Below are positions 1 to 11,483 of a DNA stretch of 64,000 bases, one piece after another. Origin of the DNA: Amphiscolops sp. MND2022. Taxonomy: Eukaryota. Position 1 is the stretch's first letter, and every line of letters begins with the position of its first letter. Both the position numbers and the translations under genes were made by a program. The notes under the pieces were generated by a model. The model was not told the origin of the DNA and ran no database searches. It saw nothing but the letters and a program-made list of their open reading frames with translations. The DNA lies in assembly GCA_964187785.1 (NCBI GenBank), contig OZ076415.1, positions 60,698,001 to 60,762,000 on the forward strand, given 5' to 3'.

Positions 1-3000
1 CAGTTTGGACCGATGAAAAGGGGAGAAATCTTTTATGATTGACGGCTTGCTCAATGGACAAGACTTGAGTAGATTTTTTGTATCATTCGGGAACGATTCG
101 GATTGTACCAAGAAGAACAATTTCTGCTCAGCACTTTCAAGCTCGACAGGATCAGTGATTGCTCCTGTTTTGGTTCTGTTACAAGAGAATTTCGGTAAAA
201 TACGCAGAACGTAGGCCACAATGCGCAAAAGTTTCTCGTACGAGCTGTACTTTTGCCACTCGAGAGTTAAGACATTAGAAGCTACACTTGCGGTATTTGC
301 TGTGATCTCTCGGTAGACTGGCTCGGTGTTGACTTCACTGGAATCGATGTTCTTCAATTTAGTTTTCAAGATTGCTTCTGACGGCTGGAAAGGCCAATCA
401 GAAGTCATCAAGAATTTGGGGCCTTTGAGCCAAGGACTGTTCAAAAGGGAGTTTGCCGGCAGGCCGCGAGTGCCCGCGTCGGCCGGGTTGTCGGCTGTTG
501 GCACGTGGTTCCATTCATCAACCGTCGTCAACTCAAGAATTTCGGCAACTCTGTTGGCGACGAATACGGGTTTCTTGTCGATGGAATGGAGCCATTGAAG
601 AACAGTCGTACTATCGGTCCACATGAATGTTCTTTCAACCGGTACTGTTAGCGCTTGTTGGATTTCGTCTTTAAGTCGGGCTGCTAAGAGGGCAGCTTGG
701 AGTTCCAATTTCGGGATTGTTAGCGCTTTCATGGGAGCGACACGAGCTTTCCCAAAGACAAAGGCTAACTGAGTTTCAGTCCCTTCGTTGCTGTCCACTC
801 TCGCACGGAGGAAAGCAACAGCGGAAAAGACATCTTGAGAACTGTCTCCAAATACGTGTAACTCAACACTTTTCATAGTTCCGCGAAAGTAGGATCTCGG
901 AATTGTTATCTCACTCAACTTGGGAAGTTCTGCGGCCCATTCAAGAAACTTTTCGCTAACGTCGTCAGGCAGATTGTTGTCCCATTGTTGCCCGCTCAGG
1001 CGCCAAATGTCTTTCAACAAAAGGCGGGCAGTTACAGTGTATGGCGCGACGAGACCAATGGGATCATACACTGCGGACACTAAGCTAAGAACAATACGCT
1101 GTGTAATTGGTCGGTTCAGGTCAGGCGTGGTGCCTCTGCTGACAACCAAAGTGTCACGACTGTGGTTCCATTTCAAGCCCAATACATGAGATGTCTCTTC
1201 GTCTGTTGCTAAGACTTTCTCGGTCGAGTCGGTAGGCGGTTGAGATTTCGGGTCAACGTTGTTAACCAAACTAGGAACATTGCTGACAAACTTAGTTAGT
1301 TTGAAACCACCTTTGGCTAACATTTCAACGAGATCTTGAGCTTTCTTGGTTGCTTCGTTGACGGTTGGGCTTGACTCGAGATAATCATCCATGTAAAAAT
1401 GGTTTTCCACACTGTTGGCGGCTTCACGGAACTGGTTTTGGTTGTCACGAGCGGTCTGTTGTAGAGCGTAGTTGGCACACGTTGGTGAATCCTTCGAACC
1501 GAAAATGTGACGTACGTATTGGTACACAGCGACGTCTGTTGCTGGGTCCTCCCGCCACAGAAAACGAAGAGACGGTCGGTCTTCAGGGATCACACCAACT
1601 TGTAAAAACATTCCCTCGATGTCAGCGGATACGGCATAGGGATGTTGTCGGAATCGCATGAGCACATGGATTAACGTTTGCAACAAGTCAGGACCAGTTA
1701 AAAGTTTGCTGTTAAGTGAAACACCATGAAATTTCGCAGCACCATTGAGTACACGGCGTACTTTTCCTGGCTTGTGAGGGTGAAACACTGGGTGGTGCGG
1801 TAGGTACCACTCACGCGGGTTGTCAACTCTAAAACAGTCTGACTTGTCTACTTGAACGATGTATCCCTTGTCGAAGTCGTCTTTAATGGTCTGAGCGTAA
1901 CTCGCTTTCAGTTCAGGAGTTTTTTCGAGTCGGCGTTCAAGGGATTTCAATTGCACTAAGGCTGAAAAATAGTTGTTCGGGAGACTACTCTCGTCATCAG
2001 CCCACAACATACCGACCTGATATCGGCATCCGTCATGGTATGTTGTTTCTTGTAGAATCTTCGACGCTCTAGCATCGGCAGCAGAGCGCGGGTCTACTTG
2101 TTTCATTGCAGCAAAAGACTCCATTTCATACCAACTCCGAAGTTGATCGGCCAACTTGGAGTCGCTCTCACTTTGCGTGACAGCTTTGAAGCATGTCGAG
2201 ACAAGTCCCGAAGTCGAAGGCAATGGCCCACTCAAAACCCAACCCAACGGTAATCGGACGGCGATTGGAGTATTTTTTCGGTCGGATTCAAAATACTCCA
2301 ATGGGCGGATTGAATGGAACACGTCTTGACCCAGTATCATTTCGACGTCTCCGTAGCTGTACTTGCTCAGAGCAACGGGCTCCAAGTGAGGGTACTGTTG
2401 TTTCAATTGGTCAACATCAATGACATCATTTCCAACATGCAAGTTTTTTCTAACGTATGGTTTGACATCAAAAGTAGAGCAAGAGCCACCCGAATGAACA
2501 GGCGTCAACTTAAGCTCAACTATTTGAGTGTCAACAACTTGTTGCGAATTGATGCCATGAACGGTTAGTTTGGTCGGTAAGCCCTTTACGTTCAACTTGG
2601 TTGCGAGATCTTCGGAGATCCAAGAGTGACTGCAGGCGGAGTCACACAGGGCCAAAACTTTGACGGAGGTGGTTGGTGTATGAACTTCAACTTCGGTTAT
2701 TTGAAGAAGTCCTTTCACATCGCTCACGGAACAAACTCCGGAGCTTTCTCCTGCTTTGTTCACTGTTATTTTGGGGCTACGTGATCCAGTTGCTTGATTA
2801 GTGGACGGTTTCGGTGTTGTTCTTGGTTGAAAAACTCTCTCCGCGCCATGTAGCAGGGTGTTGTGAGAGCTGTTACATCCATCTTTATTGCACTTGCGTG
2901 GTTGCGGACATTGTCGGAAAGAATGGTTTCCTTTCAGACAGGAGAAACAAAGTTTGTTTTCGGCAACAATCTTTGCTCTGTCGGTCGGCGTTTTATCAAG

Positions 3001-5262
3001 CAACACGCGACAGCGCCACAGTGGATGGTTGTCTTTGCACACAATACAGTTTAGTTGCACTCGGTTAGGCTTGGTTCCGGTTCCGTTTGAAGATGCGCTA
3101 GAAGCAGCAGAGGCAAAAACTTTCGCACCAGTTTTTGTTCGAGTAACGGATGGCGCACTTTCATCGTTCTTGGGTTTTGTGGCTGAGACTTTCATCCTCT
3201 CGTGTGCATCGGCCTTATCTTTCAACCATTCATTAAAATCTAAGAGAGTTGGTCGACTCCAATCTTTCTTGACAGTGTGCATAGACCAGGCTTCCTTCAT
3301 GTTCGGGGGGAGTTTCTGTACTGCTTGGCCCAAAAGTGCCGCACTCGACAAGTCGTGTTCGTACTTCAAGGAGCGAAAAACTCCTACCAACGCCGAAATC
3401 GTCGCAGAGAAGGCAATCACGTTCTCACTGTTATGCATTTTCAATGGTGGGAAGCCACTCAGTTTCTCTAGGTGAGCGCTTACCACTGCGTGCGGTTGAC
3501 CAAACTTACGTTCAAGAGTCTTCAATGCATCTTGGTACATTGTGCCACAGTAAGCAAACTCAGCTATCGCTGTCTTGGCCTTGCCAGTTACAAGCGTTTT
3601 CAAATACGTAAGTTTCACATCGTTCGAGAGTGGTGCGGAGTCGATAGCACTTTTAAATTGACCAATCCACTCGTGCCATTGCAGTGGGTCTCCGTTGTAT
3701 TGCTCTAGTTTCCACTCAGGAAGATGGTCTTTTTTGGCAGCAGTCAGTAGTTGTGCAAGATCTTGGATAGTAACTGCTGTTGGCGTTGGAGGGGGAACGG
3801 TTGACTGAACCGTAGTCGGAAATGTCGGAAAGGGAACATTTACTGTGGCTGTTGTAGACGGTGGAACCGGGAAAGTCATTGATGGGGTTGTTGTCGCAAG
3901 CGGATTACAATAGAAAGTTGTTCCTCCGCTTTGAATTGGTACAACTGGTGTAAAAATCCCCGTTGTTGTCACGATCGGTGTTGCAGTTGTGCTCGGTAGC
4001 ATAACTTGTCCTCTTACAGGCTGCGGAACTGGAGCATGTACTGTGGGGAAGCTACTCGGAGCCGGAAAAGTCCAAGCGGACAAGTTCGGTATGACATGGC
4101 TCGTTGGAATGTTGACTTGAGTCCTTGTCGTAGCCGGAGCGACAGAAGGTTGTACTTGAGGGAACATAGTCGGAGTTTGCTGATTAACCACTGGCACTGT
4201 CACGGAAGAAACAGTGTTCGATGTGGTGTTCACAGTTGGTAGTTGAAGCATGGGCAGTGGGTTAACCGTAGCAAGTAAAGGTGGAGTACTGTTTGGCCTT
4301 GGAATTGTAGAATTAGACGAAATGCCGATTTGGGGAATCTGGCTTTGTCTCGGCCCAATATTACCATCAGCTAATGATCTCATTTCTAGCGTTGCTTGTC
4401 GCATTCGAACAACATCGTTTGATTCAAGAATGACTGCGGTGTTCGACGATCCAGGTACATTGTTTAAATCAACTGTATTGGTCTGCGGTTGATTTGAAAC
4501 ACTATCAGGTTCATTGACTTCATTAACCCAGTCAGACACTCTCTGGGACGTGGTTTGCTTCGAGTGTTTACTAATCCGAGACAGAGTTTCATGAAATTCG
4601 TCGGTCACTTGAGACAAGTCGTCAGTTAATTCCAATTCTGTGAGCTTAGCTTCGGCAAGTTTTCGTCTGTTTTCTTCTTCTAGTTCTTCCAATTGGAGAG
4701 CTTGCTCTTCTTCCAACCGCTCTTTTTCGCGTTCCAATTGTTTTCGAGCGACCTCTTGCTTCTGTTTAGCCAAACGAATGGCGTTCGCATTTTGTCGTTC
4801 TAGTTCTTCTCGTCGCTGCGTTGCTAGAAGAAGGTCCTTTTGTCGTTGGCTCGATGTTTTCGTTCTACCAGAAGTCGATGATCTTTTGGATGCGCTTTTG
4901 TTAACTGTGCCGACGGATGAGTGGGACTTTACATCGGATTCAGTGCAACTGTCGATGTATTCACGAGCTTTTCTCAAAACTTCGTCATTTTGCTCAGTGA
5001 CTTCACTCAACCATTTCTCTAAATCGGCTTGAATTGCTCCCGAGTCAGACGTTTTTGATGCAAGGGTAATCAACTGTTCGTTTCTGTTGAAAGCTTTTGT
5101 CATTGCATCTTCAGTTTCTTTGACAAGACGTTCAACTCGAACTCTTCGATCTCCATTTGTAATGGAATCGAGTATCTTCTGTTGGAGTGTATTCAATTCA
5201 GTCTGCGCCTTCAACCGATTTTCGTGAAGTTTTTGAACTTTTTCGTGTTGGGAATCTGTCAT
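1..5262 (-). CDS. BEL/Pao LTR retrotransposon Gag-Pol polyprotein (ORF runs off window start)
   Basis: Manual minus-strand translation from ATG at 5262 (MTDSQHEKVQKLHENR...). Gag EWKLEQYNGDPLQWHEWIGQFKSAID; three Cys/His knuckles CIVCKDNHPLWRC..CFSCLKGNHSFRQC..CNKDGCNSSHNTLLH (~2830-3050); protease ALCDSACSHSW (~2630-2660); RT SLNSKLLTGPDLL..ADIEGMFLQV..HIFGSKDSP..FYMDD (~1385-1720); RNase H LHVFGDSS..ARVAPMKALTIPKLELQAA..WTDST..NPADAGTRG (~400-880). The ORF track lists no minus ORF here, consistent with no stop before the window edge (not checked codon by codon). Confidence 0.93.
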   Translation of the reverse strand, partial: MTDSQHEKVQKLHENRLKAQTELNTLQQKILDSITNGDRRVRVERLVKETEDAMTKAFNRNEQLITLASKTSDSGAIQADLEKWLSEVTEQNDEVLRKAREYIDSCTESDVKSHSSVGTVNKSASKRSSTSGRTKTSSQRQKDLLLATQRREELERQNANAIRLAKQKQEVARKQLEREKERLEEEQALQLEELEEENRRKLAEAKLTELELTDDLSQVTDEFHETLSRISKHSKQTTSQRVSDWVNEVNEPDSVSNQPQTNTVDLNNVPGSSNTAVILESNDVVRMRQATLEMRSLADGNIGPRQSQIPQIGISSNSTIPRPNSTPPLLATVNPLPMLQLPTVNTTSNTVSSVTVPVVNQQTPTMFPQVQPSVAPATTRTQVNIPTSHVIPNLSAWTFPAPSSFPTVHAPVPQPVRGQVMLPSTTATPIVTTTGIFTPVVPIQSGGTTFYCNPLATTTPSMTFPVPPSTTATVNVPFPTFPTTVQSTVPPPTPTAVTIQDLAQLLTAAKKDHLPEWKLEQYNGDPLQWHEWIGQFKSAIDSAPLSNDVKLTYLKTLVTGKAKTAIAEFAYCGTMYQDALKTLERKFGQPHAVVSAHLEKLSGFPPLKMHNSENVIAFSATISALVGVFRSLKYEHDLSSAALLGQAVQKLPPNMKEAWSMHTVKKDWSRPTLLDFNEWLKDKADAHERMKVSATKPKNDESAPSVTRTKTGAKVFASAASSASSNGTGTKPNRVQLNCIVCKDNHPLWRCRVLLDKTPTDRAKIVAENKLCFSCLKGNHSFRQCPQPRKCNKDGCNSSHNTLLHGAERVFQPRTTPKPSTNQATGSRSPKITVNKAGESSGVCSVSDVKGLLQITEVEVHTPTTSVKVLALCDSACSHSWISEDLATKLNVKGLPTKLTVHGINSQQVVDTQIVELKLTPVHSGGSCSTFDVKPYVRKNLHVGNDVIDVDQLKQQYPHLEPVALSKYSYGDVEMILGQDVFHSIRPLEYFESDRKNTPIAVRLPLGWVLSGPLPSTSGLVSTCFKAVTQSESDSKLADQLRSWYEMESFAAMKQVDPRSAADARASKILQETTYHDGCRYQVGMLWADDESSLPNNYFSALVQLKSLERRLEKTPELKASYAQTIKDDFDKGYIVQVDKSDCFRVDNPREWYLPHHPVFHPHKPGKVRRVLNGAAKFHGVSLNSKLLTGPDLLQTLIHVLMRFRQHPYAVSADIEGMFLQVGVIPEDRPSLRFLWREDPATDVAVYQYVRHIFGSKDSPTCANYALQQTARDNQNQFREAANSVENHFYMDDYLESSPTVNEATKKAQDLVEMLAKGGFKLTKFVSNVPSLVNNVDPKSQPPTDSTEKVLATDEETSHVLGLKWNHSRDTLVVSRGTTPDLNRPITQRIVLSLVSAVYDPIGLVAPYTVTARLLLKDIWRLSGQQWDNNLPDDVSEKFLEWAAELPKLSEITIPRSYFRGTMKSVELHVFGDSSQDVFSAVAFLRARVDSNEGTETQLAFVFGKARVAPMKALTIPKLELQAALLAARLKDEIQQALTVPVERTFMWTDSTTVLQWLHSIDKKPVFVANRVAEILELTTVDEWNHVPTADNPADAGTRGLPANSLLNSPWLKGPKFLMTSDWPFQPSEAILKTKLKNIDSSEVNTEPVYREITANTASVASNVLTLEWQKYSSYEKLLRIVAYVLRILPKFSCNRTKTGAITDPVELESAEQKLFFLVQSESFPNDTKNLLKSCPLSKPSIIKDFSPFHRSKL

Positions 5263-5377
5263 CTTGCCTGTTTTTTTTTGCTTAGGCTAAAAGAAGACAG
5301 TCACGATGCGTCGCACGGTGTACGACAGAATTAAAAAGAAACACGCTGCTGTTTAGGGTGGAAGTTCCTTCTGAACA

Positions 5378-5467
5378 TCAACCGAGCAGTTAAGCTCGGA
5401 CACAGCACAGAAAAGGAAGAAGGAAGCGGGTTGCAGCGTCAACCGGTCAGTTAAGTCCGGACACAGC
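5378..5467. repeat. Two 29-bp direct repeats with internal dyad (CCG-N12-CGG), 61 bp apart, in the BEL 5' leader
   Basis: TCAACCGAGCAGTTAAGCTCGGACACAGC (~5378-5406) and TCAACCGGTCAGTTAAGTCCGGACACAGC (~5439-5467). Confidence 0.8.
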
Positions 5468-6087
5468 TACAACTCGAGAGGCGGAGTAGTTTTCTCGTTG
5501 GCGGCAGACAACGTGTTTTTTATCGCCTTGCGGGCGCGTTTAGAGGGGCGTTTGGGGTGACTTCGGTCAGTAATTTGAGACAAATCATCTTCATATTTCA
5601 AAACTAGATTCAAATGTTTCAATTCTAGATCAGGACTCTGGTGCAACGCCTTCAAATTTTGCAAATAATCGTGATCTTTTTGCTTACGCAGCGAGATAAA
5701 GTCTTTTTCAATATTCAGTACAAGAATGTTTGTCTCTTTCAATTGCAAGAAAATGTCAGGCGTCCGTTGGCAGTACACAAGAGCCCTGATTCTATGTTGA
5801 TAGGATTTCAGAACATTTACTAAGTCAATTACTGACAAGGCACGATAAAAGTTGCTTTTATGTTTACAGATGCTGTTATTAATGACGTCGTGCCAAAATA
5901 TCAGTTCGTTTTCGTCTTTGAAATCCTTTTCAATCAGGTTTTGTACAATTTTTTGAGGATTTTTCGCGTTAATGTTCAAGCTCAGGCCCGGTATGGAATA
6001 AACTTTTTCGTTAATAGCCTTTTGCTGTTCGGAATCAACAGTTTCAATTGCGTGGTGCAAAGAGCTTGCGGCCAAAATTCGAACCAT
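5467..6087 (-). CDS. 206-aa ORF, possibly SGNH/GDSL-hydrolase-like
   Basis: Long ORF in AT-rich DNA. Spacing of ILAASSL..PGLSLN..WHDVINNS..LHQSP resembles SGNH blocks I/II/III/V. The fold call is an impression only. Confidence 0.45.
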   Translation of the reverse strand: MVRILAASSLHHAIETVDSEQQKAINEKVYSIPGLSLNINAKNPQKIVQNLIEKDFKDENELIFWHDVINNSICKHKSNFYRALSVIDLVNVLKSYQHRIRALVYCQRTPDIFLQLKETNILVLNIEKDFISLRKQKDHDYLQNLKALHQSPDLELKHLNLVLKYEDDLSQITDRSHPKRPSKRARKAIKNTLSAANEKTTPPLEL

Positions 6088-6394
6088 TTACTTTTATGGC
6101 AATTTTCTACTAATCTTTTTTACAATTATCGGGAATTTTTTATTTTTTGAGCGATAGATGTGTTTTTTTTTCAAATGTCTTCAATGAGGTTTCTTTTGTG
6201 TTTTTTTCTGTGGTAGTTTACAAAATTTTTCTACACAACAAAACGCATTTTTCCACTGTGAAGCACAGTATTTCCCAGAATATTGTTTGCTTTTAAGGTC
6301 TTGCTATCGCTGATTAGCACACATCAAGTATAATCAGTTAAAATTGTTCAAACTGTTTTTTTTCTCAAACACCTCTACTGATTGCTTCTGGAAT

Positions 6395-6629
6395 ACCTTC
6401 TGAGCTTAGCGGGGGGCACCTTCTGAGTTTGGCGGGGGTACCTTCTGAGTTTGGCGGGGGCACCTTCTGAGTTTGGCGGGGGGCACCTTCTGAGTTTAGC
6501 GGAGCACCTTCTAAGTTTGGCGGGGGGCACCTTCTGAGTTTAGCGGGGCACCTTCTGAGTTTGGCGGGGGCACCTTCTGAATTTGGCGGGGGGGGCAACT
6601 TCTGAGTTTGGCGGGGGGCACCTTCTGAG
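6395..6629. repeat. G-rich minisatellite, ~22-bp unit, ~11 copies
   Basis: Repeated CACCTTCTGAGTTTGGCGGGGG with variable G-run length; explains spurious ORFs 6365-6598 and 6511-6804. Confidence 0.95.
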
Positions 6630-7220
6630 GGTTTCTCACAGTAGTAGTCTTCGTGAGGCCTCTCTTCTCAAGGCAGGTGGTTAGATATTGAACAACCTTT
6701 AGAAAAATGCCGTTCTTGGGGACTAATTCTTTATTCCAGGTCACATAATTCGTTTTCCAGGGTAATAATTTCCAGAGACTCAGAGACTTTTTATTGTTCT
6801 CCAATAACAGAAACTCAACAAGTTGTTTAAAAGTCTTTCACTCCAGAAAAGGCTTGTTCAATGTTGAAATTCGCCATCACGAAATAATTCTTTTATCGTG
6901 CCTCTCTATGGCCACCATGTAAAACTTTAGAATTCGGTTTCTAGAGTTCGGTTAAAACCCAAAGCAATCAATACTTTATTTTTTGAATAGGATGTCAGTC
7001 AGATCCGTGTCAAAACGTGGCTCAACTGAATATAAATAACAGTAGAATTATTGCATTTCGCAGACAAATGAACAATAATTATTTAAATATTATCAAACAA
7101 CAATAAACACTAACAAACAAAAGCTAGCAAGACCTTTTTACGCAATTTCTCAAGGTTATTTGAAATAGATATACTTGCAAAAATCCAAATTTTTTGGATA
7201 TTTAGATATTACCCAAATAT

Positions 7221-7290
7221 TGGCCGATCCCGGGAATCGAACCTCCGATCTTATGATTGGAAAGCTACAACGCTACCGCTACTCTAAATT
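7221..7290 (-). pseudogene. tRNA-like relic or tRNA-derived SINE head
   Basis: Minus strand AGTAGCGGTAGCG (A-box-like), GGTTCGATTCCC (B-box/T-arm), ending GATCGGCCA; acceptor stem does not pair, so not a functional tRNA. Confidence 0.45.
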
Positions 7291-7431
7291 GTCTTATTAT
7301 TTGTTTTAACTCCGTCGTATTTGTATTTGTATTGCGCCGCAACATTCGAGAACCGAGGCAAAGTTGATGAAGTTATTTTGAAATGTTTGTTTTTCGCGAA
7401 TCTGTCGAATCTATAGATTTGGATCAAAAAA

Positions 7432-8079
7432 GGATTACCAGAAATTTCGTCGTCGGAAATTTCGTCGTCAGAAATTTCGTCGCAAGAAATTTCGTCGTCG
7501 GAAATTTCGTCGTCAGAAATTTCGTCGTCAGAATTTTCGTCGCCGGTGATCACGTTCTATTATTGAGTCTTAATAATTATCGATAATTGTACAATTATTA
7601 CTATCATTGACTACTTTTTGTTATGGTTTTGAGAGAAACAGTTTCGGACCTTATCCCCCCAGATACACGTTGTTTCTTATCCCCCCAACACGAAGTTGTT
7701 TCGACACTTGAAGCAAAAATTACCAAGTTTTTTAAATAATTTTCTGACAAAAAAGCAAAAATTTCCCCTGGAACAAACTTAAATTGTATTGTAAAGCCCG
7801 AGAAGTAGTTACACCGGTAGGACTGAAAATATACCATTGCTCAGTTGATTGAATGCAATTAACTTTTTGACTCAATTTTGGTGTGAAAATGAAACTTGTT
7901 CTTTAGGTCTCATTTTCATAATTAAATAATTGAATAATTCAAGTGATATTTTTTGGTGAACGCTGTTATTCTAATCAATACGACGAAATTTCTGACGACG
8001 AATTTTCTGACGACGAAATTTCTGGATTTGCTAATACGACGAAATTTCCTACGACGAAATTTCCGACGACGAAATTTCC
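7432..8079. mobile_element. Foldback-type MITE with terminal arrays of 15-bp subrepeats in inverted orientation
   Basis: Seven tandem GAAATTTCGTCGTCR units at 7441-7545 and six inverted CGACGAAATTTC units at 7981-8079 around an AT-rich core; no TSD resolved. Confidence 0.75.
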
Positions 8080-9106
8080 GCCTCCCAAAAAAAGTATAAA
8101 AACGTTTTGATGGAGTCATCGTCAGAAAGGAATATTCATTCATAGATCAAAAATGCTATCAACACATATGTATGAAATATAAAGACCAAAGGGCTCCCTA
8201 CAAAAGAGGAAACAAAAAGCATTGAGTTATTCGGGACCAATGGCGGTATTTTTCAGCCAAAACCTATCTTTCATATCTGACCAAAAATGTGGCCGCGAAA
8301 GCTAATACGGCATTCTTCTCCAATAGCGCTGTATATCAATTTGGTGCCCCTTCTCTTCGCAAACTACGTTGAAGAAACGTCCCAGAAGCGCTGAAAGATA
8401 CACGTCGGTAGAGATTGTATGCCTTCGCTCAGTGGTTTTTCGACGGGTAGTTAACAATTTGAGCCATATTTGAACTTCTAATCACCAAATTGATCACGAA
8501 ACAAAATGTGTAGTGACACTGTGATATTTTTCGTTAGCTGTCATAGCAGCAAATGTCAAATGAACCTCTCATGGTAACAGAAAAAATGTTTTCTCAAATG
8601 AAAAAATCACACAACCCCGAATTTTTGATAATTCCCCTTTCCCCATTACGTTTTGTTCGAAAAAGTAGCAAGGTGTCGAAGTTAGCCAAAAGTGTGACCC
8701 TTCAGACTCAAAAATGCGTTTTCTAAACTGAAAACATGGTTTTAAAACGGAGCAGCGAACCCCTAGTGAGAAAAAACGCAAAACGTCGGACAGAGCCGGA
8801 AAAAACTGTAAGTCTTGTCCCTAATTATTGAAAAAACTCTCATCAGTTTCGCAAGACCTAAGCATAACACGAGATCATCTTTAAGATTCGGAGATTCGGA
8901 ACACGGTTTTCTTCAAGAGAAAACCTCAGAATACCAAAAAATGTGTTAAAAATTACACCTAATTTTGTGTGAAAAATGTACATCGTCTAAAATCCTTGAG
9001 GGGGCAATCCATGTTCGCAAAACCTTTTTCACTGCTAAAACTCAAAAGGCCCTTCGGGTCTGCTCTCTACATTTCCAAGCATTAAAAAGGTTGGTACAGC
9101 GCGGGA

Positions 9107-9175
9107 CTCGAACCCAACTACACGGAGAGAATCTCACTGACGACAGTGTGAGAAATCAGTCTTTACCATCAGTCC
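9107..9175 (-). other. Second tRNA-like/SINE-head relic
   Basis: Minus strand TGGACTGATGGTAAAG (A-box-like)...GGGTTCGAGTCCCGCGCTGTACCA (B-box plus CCA). Confidence 0.35.
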
Positions 9176-11197
9176 AAATGGAAAGTACTTTCCACCGGCG
9201 CTTCTTGTATCTTTCGTCATAAACTGGGGAGGAAAAAATGAAAATGAAAAACTTCCAAGCTAAACGAAAAAATTTCGGTTTTTAGGAAAACAAAAAAAAA
9301 AACAAATCCCAAAATATTTGATCAAACAAGATCAAGTTTTCAGTAAACGCTTTTCACTAGTAAAACGTGCAATACTCTTCCAGTGGAACGTTTTTTTTCG
9401 TCAGTCTCTTCACGTTCAATTTCATAAATTTTCAGAAAATTTATATGGCATTTTGTCCCAGCGGTTAACTCATATTTCTGAGCAAGGTGATGAGACCTGA
9501 GAAGCAGGAATCTGTTCGAGTATCGCACTAAAACAAACTTTTTTGCTTTTATGCTTGCAAACTTTTAGATTGCAAAGGTAGAGAAAAAACCAGAGTATCC
9601 CCTTTGGGTTTGTTTCTGTACTATGCGACTTCTTTTCATCGACGACTTCTTCAACTTCTAGGAAATATAATTTCTTTTGGGAGCAGAAGAGGCCCCTGAA
9701 GATTTTTCAGGACCATGCGACTTTTTAATTTGAAAAAATTCCGAAAAACCTCTAAAAATTTTTTGAGCCCAATTTTTATATTTTTTCAAGATTTTCTGTT
9801 CAGGAAAACCGTTTTCCGAGTCTTAAGGGAGAACTCTTTGGTTATTGCCTTGTCCTTTGGAACTGATGAGAGTTTTCTTAATTTTTGTGGTAAAGACCTA
9901 AGTTTTTCGGCACTATGCCATTTTTTTCGTTTTTTTCTGTCAAAAGGTACCCCGTTCTCTTTTTGAATTTTCGAGTTGAAAAAAAACATCTGGCAATCTT
10001 GCCGGGTCTCATTTGGGCTTTTGGGATTTTTTCAGGAAGAATAAAAATCACTGATTTTTCTTCAAAAATGGGGTTTTTGATGTTTCGAGTTAAGGAAAAG
10101 TGGTTTTTGAATCTTATGCCCTTGTTGAAACTGCTTGAACTTTTTGCATGTACTTTAATGTTTTCAGCAACTTTTATTATGATTTTCTAAAACTCTTACA
10201 GATACTTCCATGCGAAAATATTTACCTGTTGTATTCGACTTTTATCAAGCTCCTCGAAAAGATTCATCAAAGTTTTGGCGGCAATTTTAAGCAAGTTTTG
10301 CAGGTTTCATTAAGAAGCAGTTTCAATTTTAAAAACAAATAAATCGCTCTAAGTTCAACAACCATTTTAATGCAAATTAACCTCAGTCACGTAATAAACT
10401 GCAAATTACCGTCATGTTCAGCGTGCTATTTGAGAAGCGGTGATAACATCAGATGAGTAGTTTAGAAAACAAAGGGTAAATACAATGTGTTCGTGTCGGT
10501 GGGTGATGAAGTGGTGAAGTGGTATTTATTTTCAAATTTATTTGCACTAGTGGAAAATACAGTGTAATTCTACAAAATTTACCCTCGGACTTACTACCGA
10601 ATTTTCTAGGTTTAATAAACAATTACCCTGCATGCAGGCCTGCAGCATGTCAAAAGTTCCTGCAGTCTCAACTAGGGTGGGTATCCCTTCAGGGAACTTT
10701 TTGGCTATGTAAATTGATAAAAAATTTCACAATATTGTCTTTTAGCACAGTTATAAAACTTTACTCTGTTTGAACTCTGAGCGGGCGCCGACATGGGCCG
10801 TTCCCGATTTGTTGAAATTTTGGTAATTTTTAAATACAACAGTGATTCAGGTTCGGGAATTCCACGTGACTGACGTTATCATGCATTAAAAATTTCTCCT
10901 CAGCATTTGAAAGCAGAGCTGTAAAATTTGACCACTCGGAATTTTCACCAGATCTGTTATGCACATTCCAGGTAGCTTCATAAAATTAAAGTAAAACTTG
11001 GTAAATTTAATGCATGGAAGTTTCAACTATAAAGCATGTAAACAACTATAAACAAGTTTCATTTATCGCTCAGCATATAAACAACTCATAAAATCATTTT
11101 ACTGTTAGACTTCAACTTGGTGCTCACAACATTTGGACTTCTTCTGTATACTTATAAGAAGCAATAGAGTGTTTTTTTAAAAAACTAGAATTTTCAG

Positions 11198-11483
11198 GAC
11201 TTGAACATTGAAGACATTGACGAAATTCTGAGCGAGTTGGATCCCACAAATTTCTCTTACATCTCCCCATCTTCGGGTTCATCCGTCTCCACCACCTCAC
11301 CCCCCTGTTCTGCCCACAGCAGCCCCAGCAGTCTCATTTACCCCCAGCACTCTTCTGACGTGTACTTCTCTGCGCAAGTACAAGACACTGCTAACTCTTC
11401 TCAACCTTTGATGACGTCACCAAACAGATCAGCTCATGCTCAGATAACAACTCAGACCAGTCCTCTTGAACTAACTATACCGG
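11198..11483 (+). CDS. Probable upstream coding exon (Ser/Pro-rich, acidic) of the KLF gene
   Basis: TTTTCAG acceptor at 11197, open frame DLNIEDIDEILSELDPTNFSYISPSSGSS..., donor G|GTTGGA at 11484. The phase-1 end is compatible with a weak acceptor at 13405. The link to KLF is inferred. Confidence 0.45.

Noticed and set aside
326-5032. Plus-strand ORFs in the ORF track
   Set aside because: Antisense shadows of the BEL gag-pol frame.
6365-6804. Repetitive ORFs (PAKLRRCP..., PPPNSEGAP...)
   Set aside because: Translations of the 22-bp minisatellite.
7284-8143. ORFs with DDEIS / RRKF / RNFVV repeats
   Set aside because: Translations of the 15-bp MITE subrepeats.
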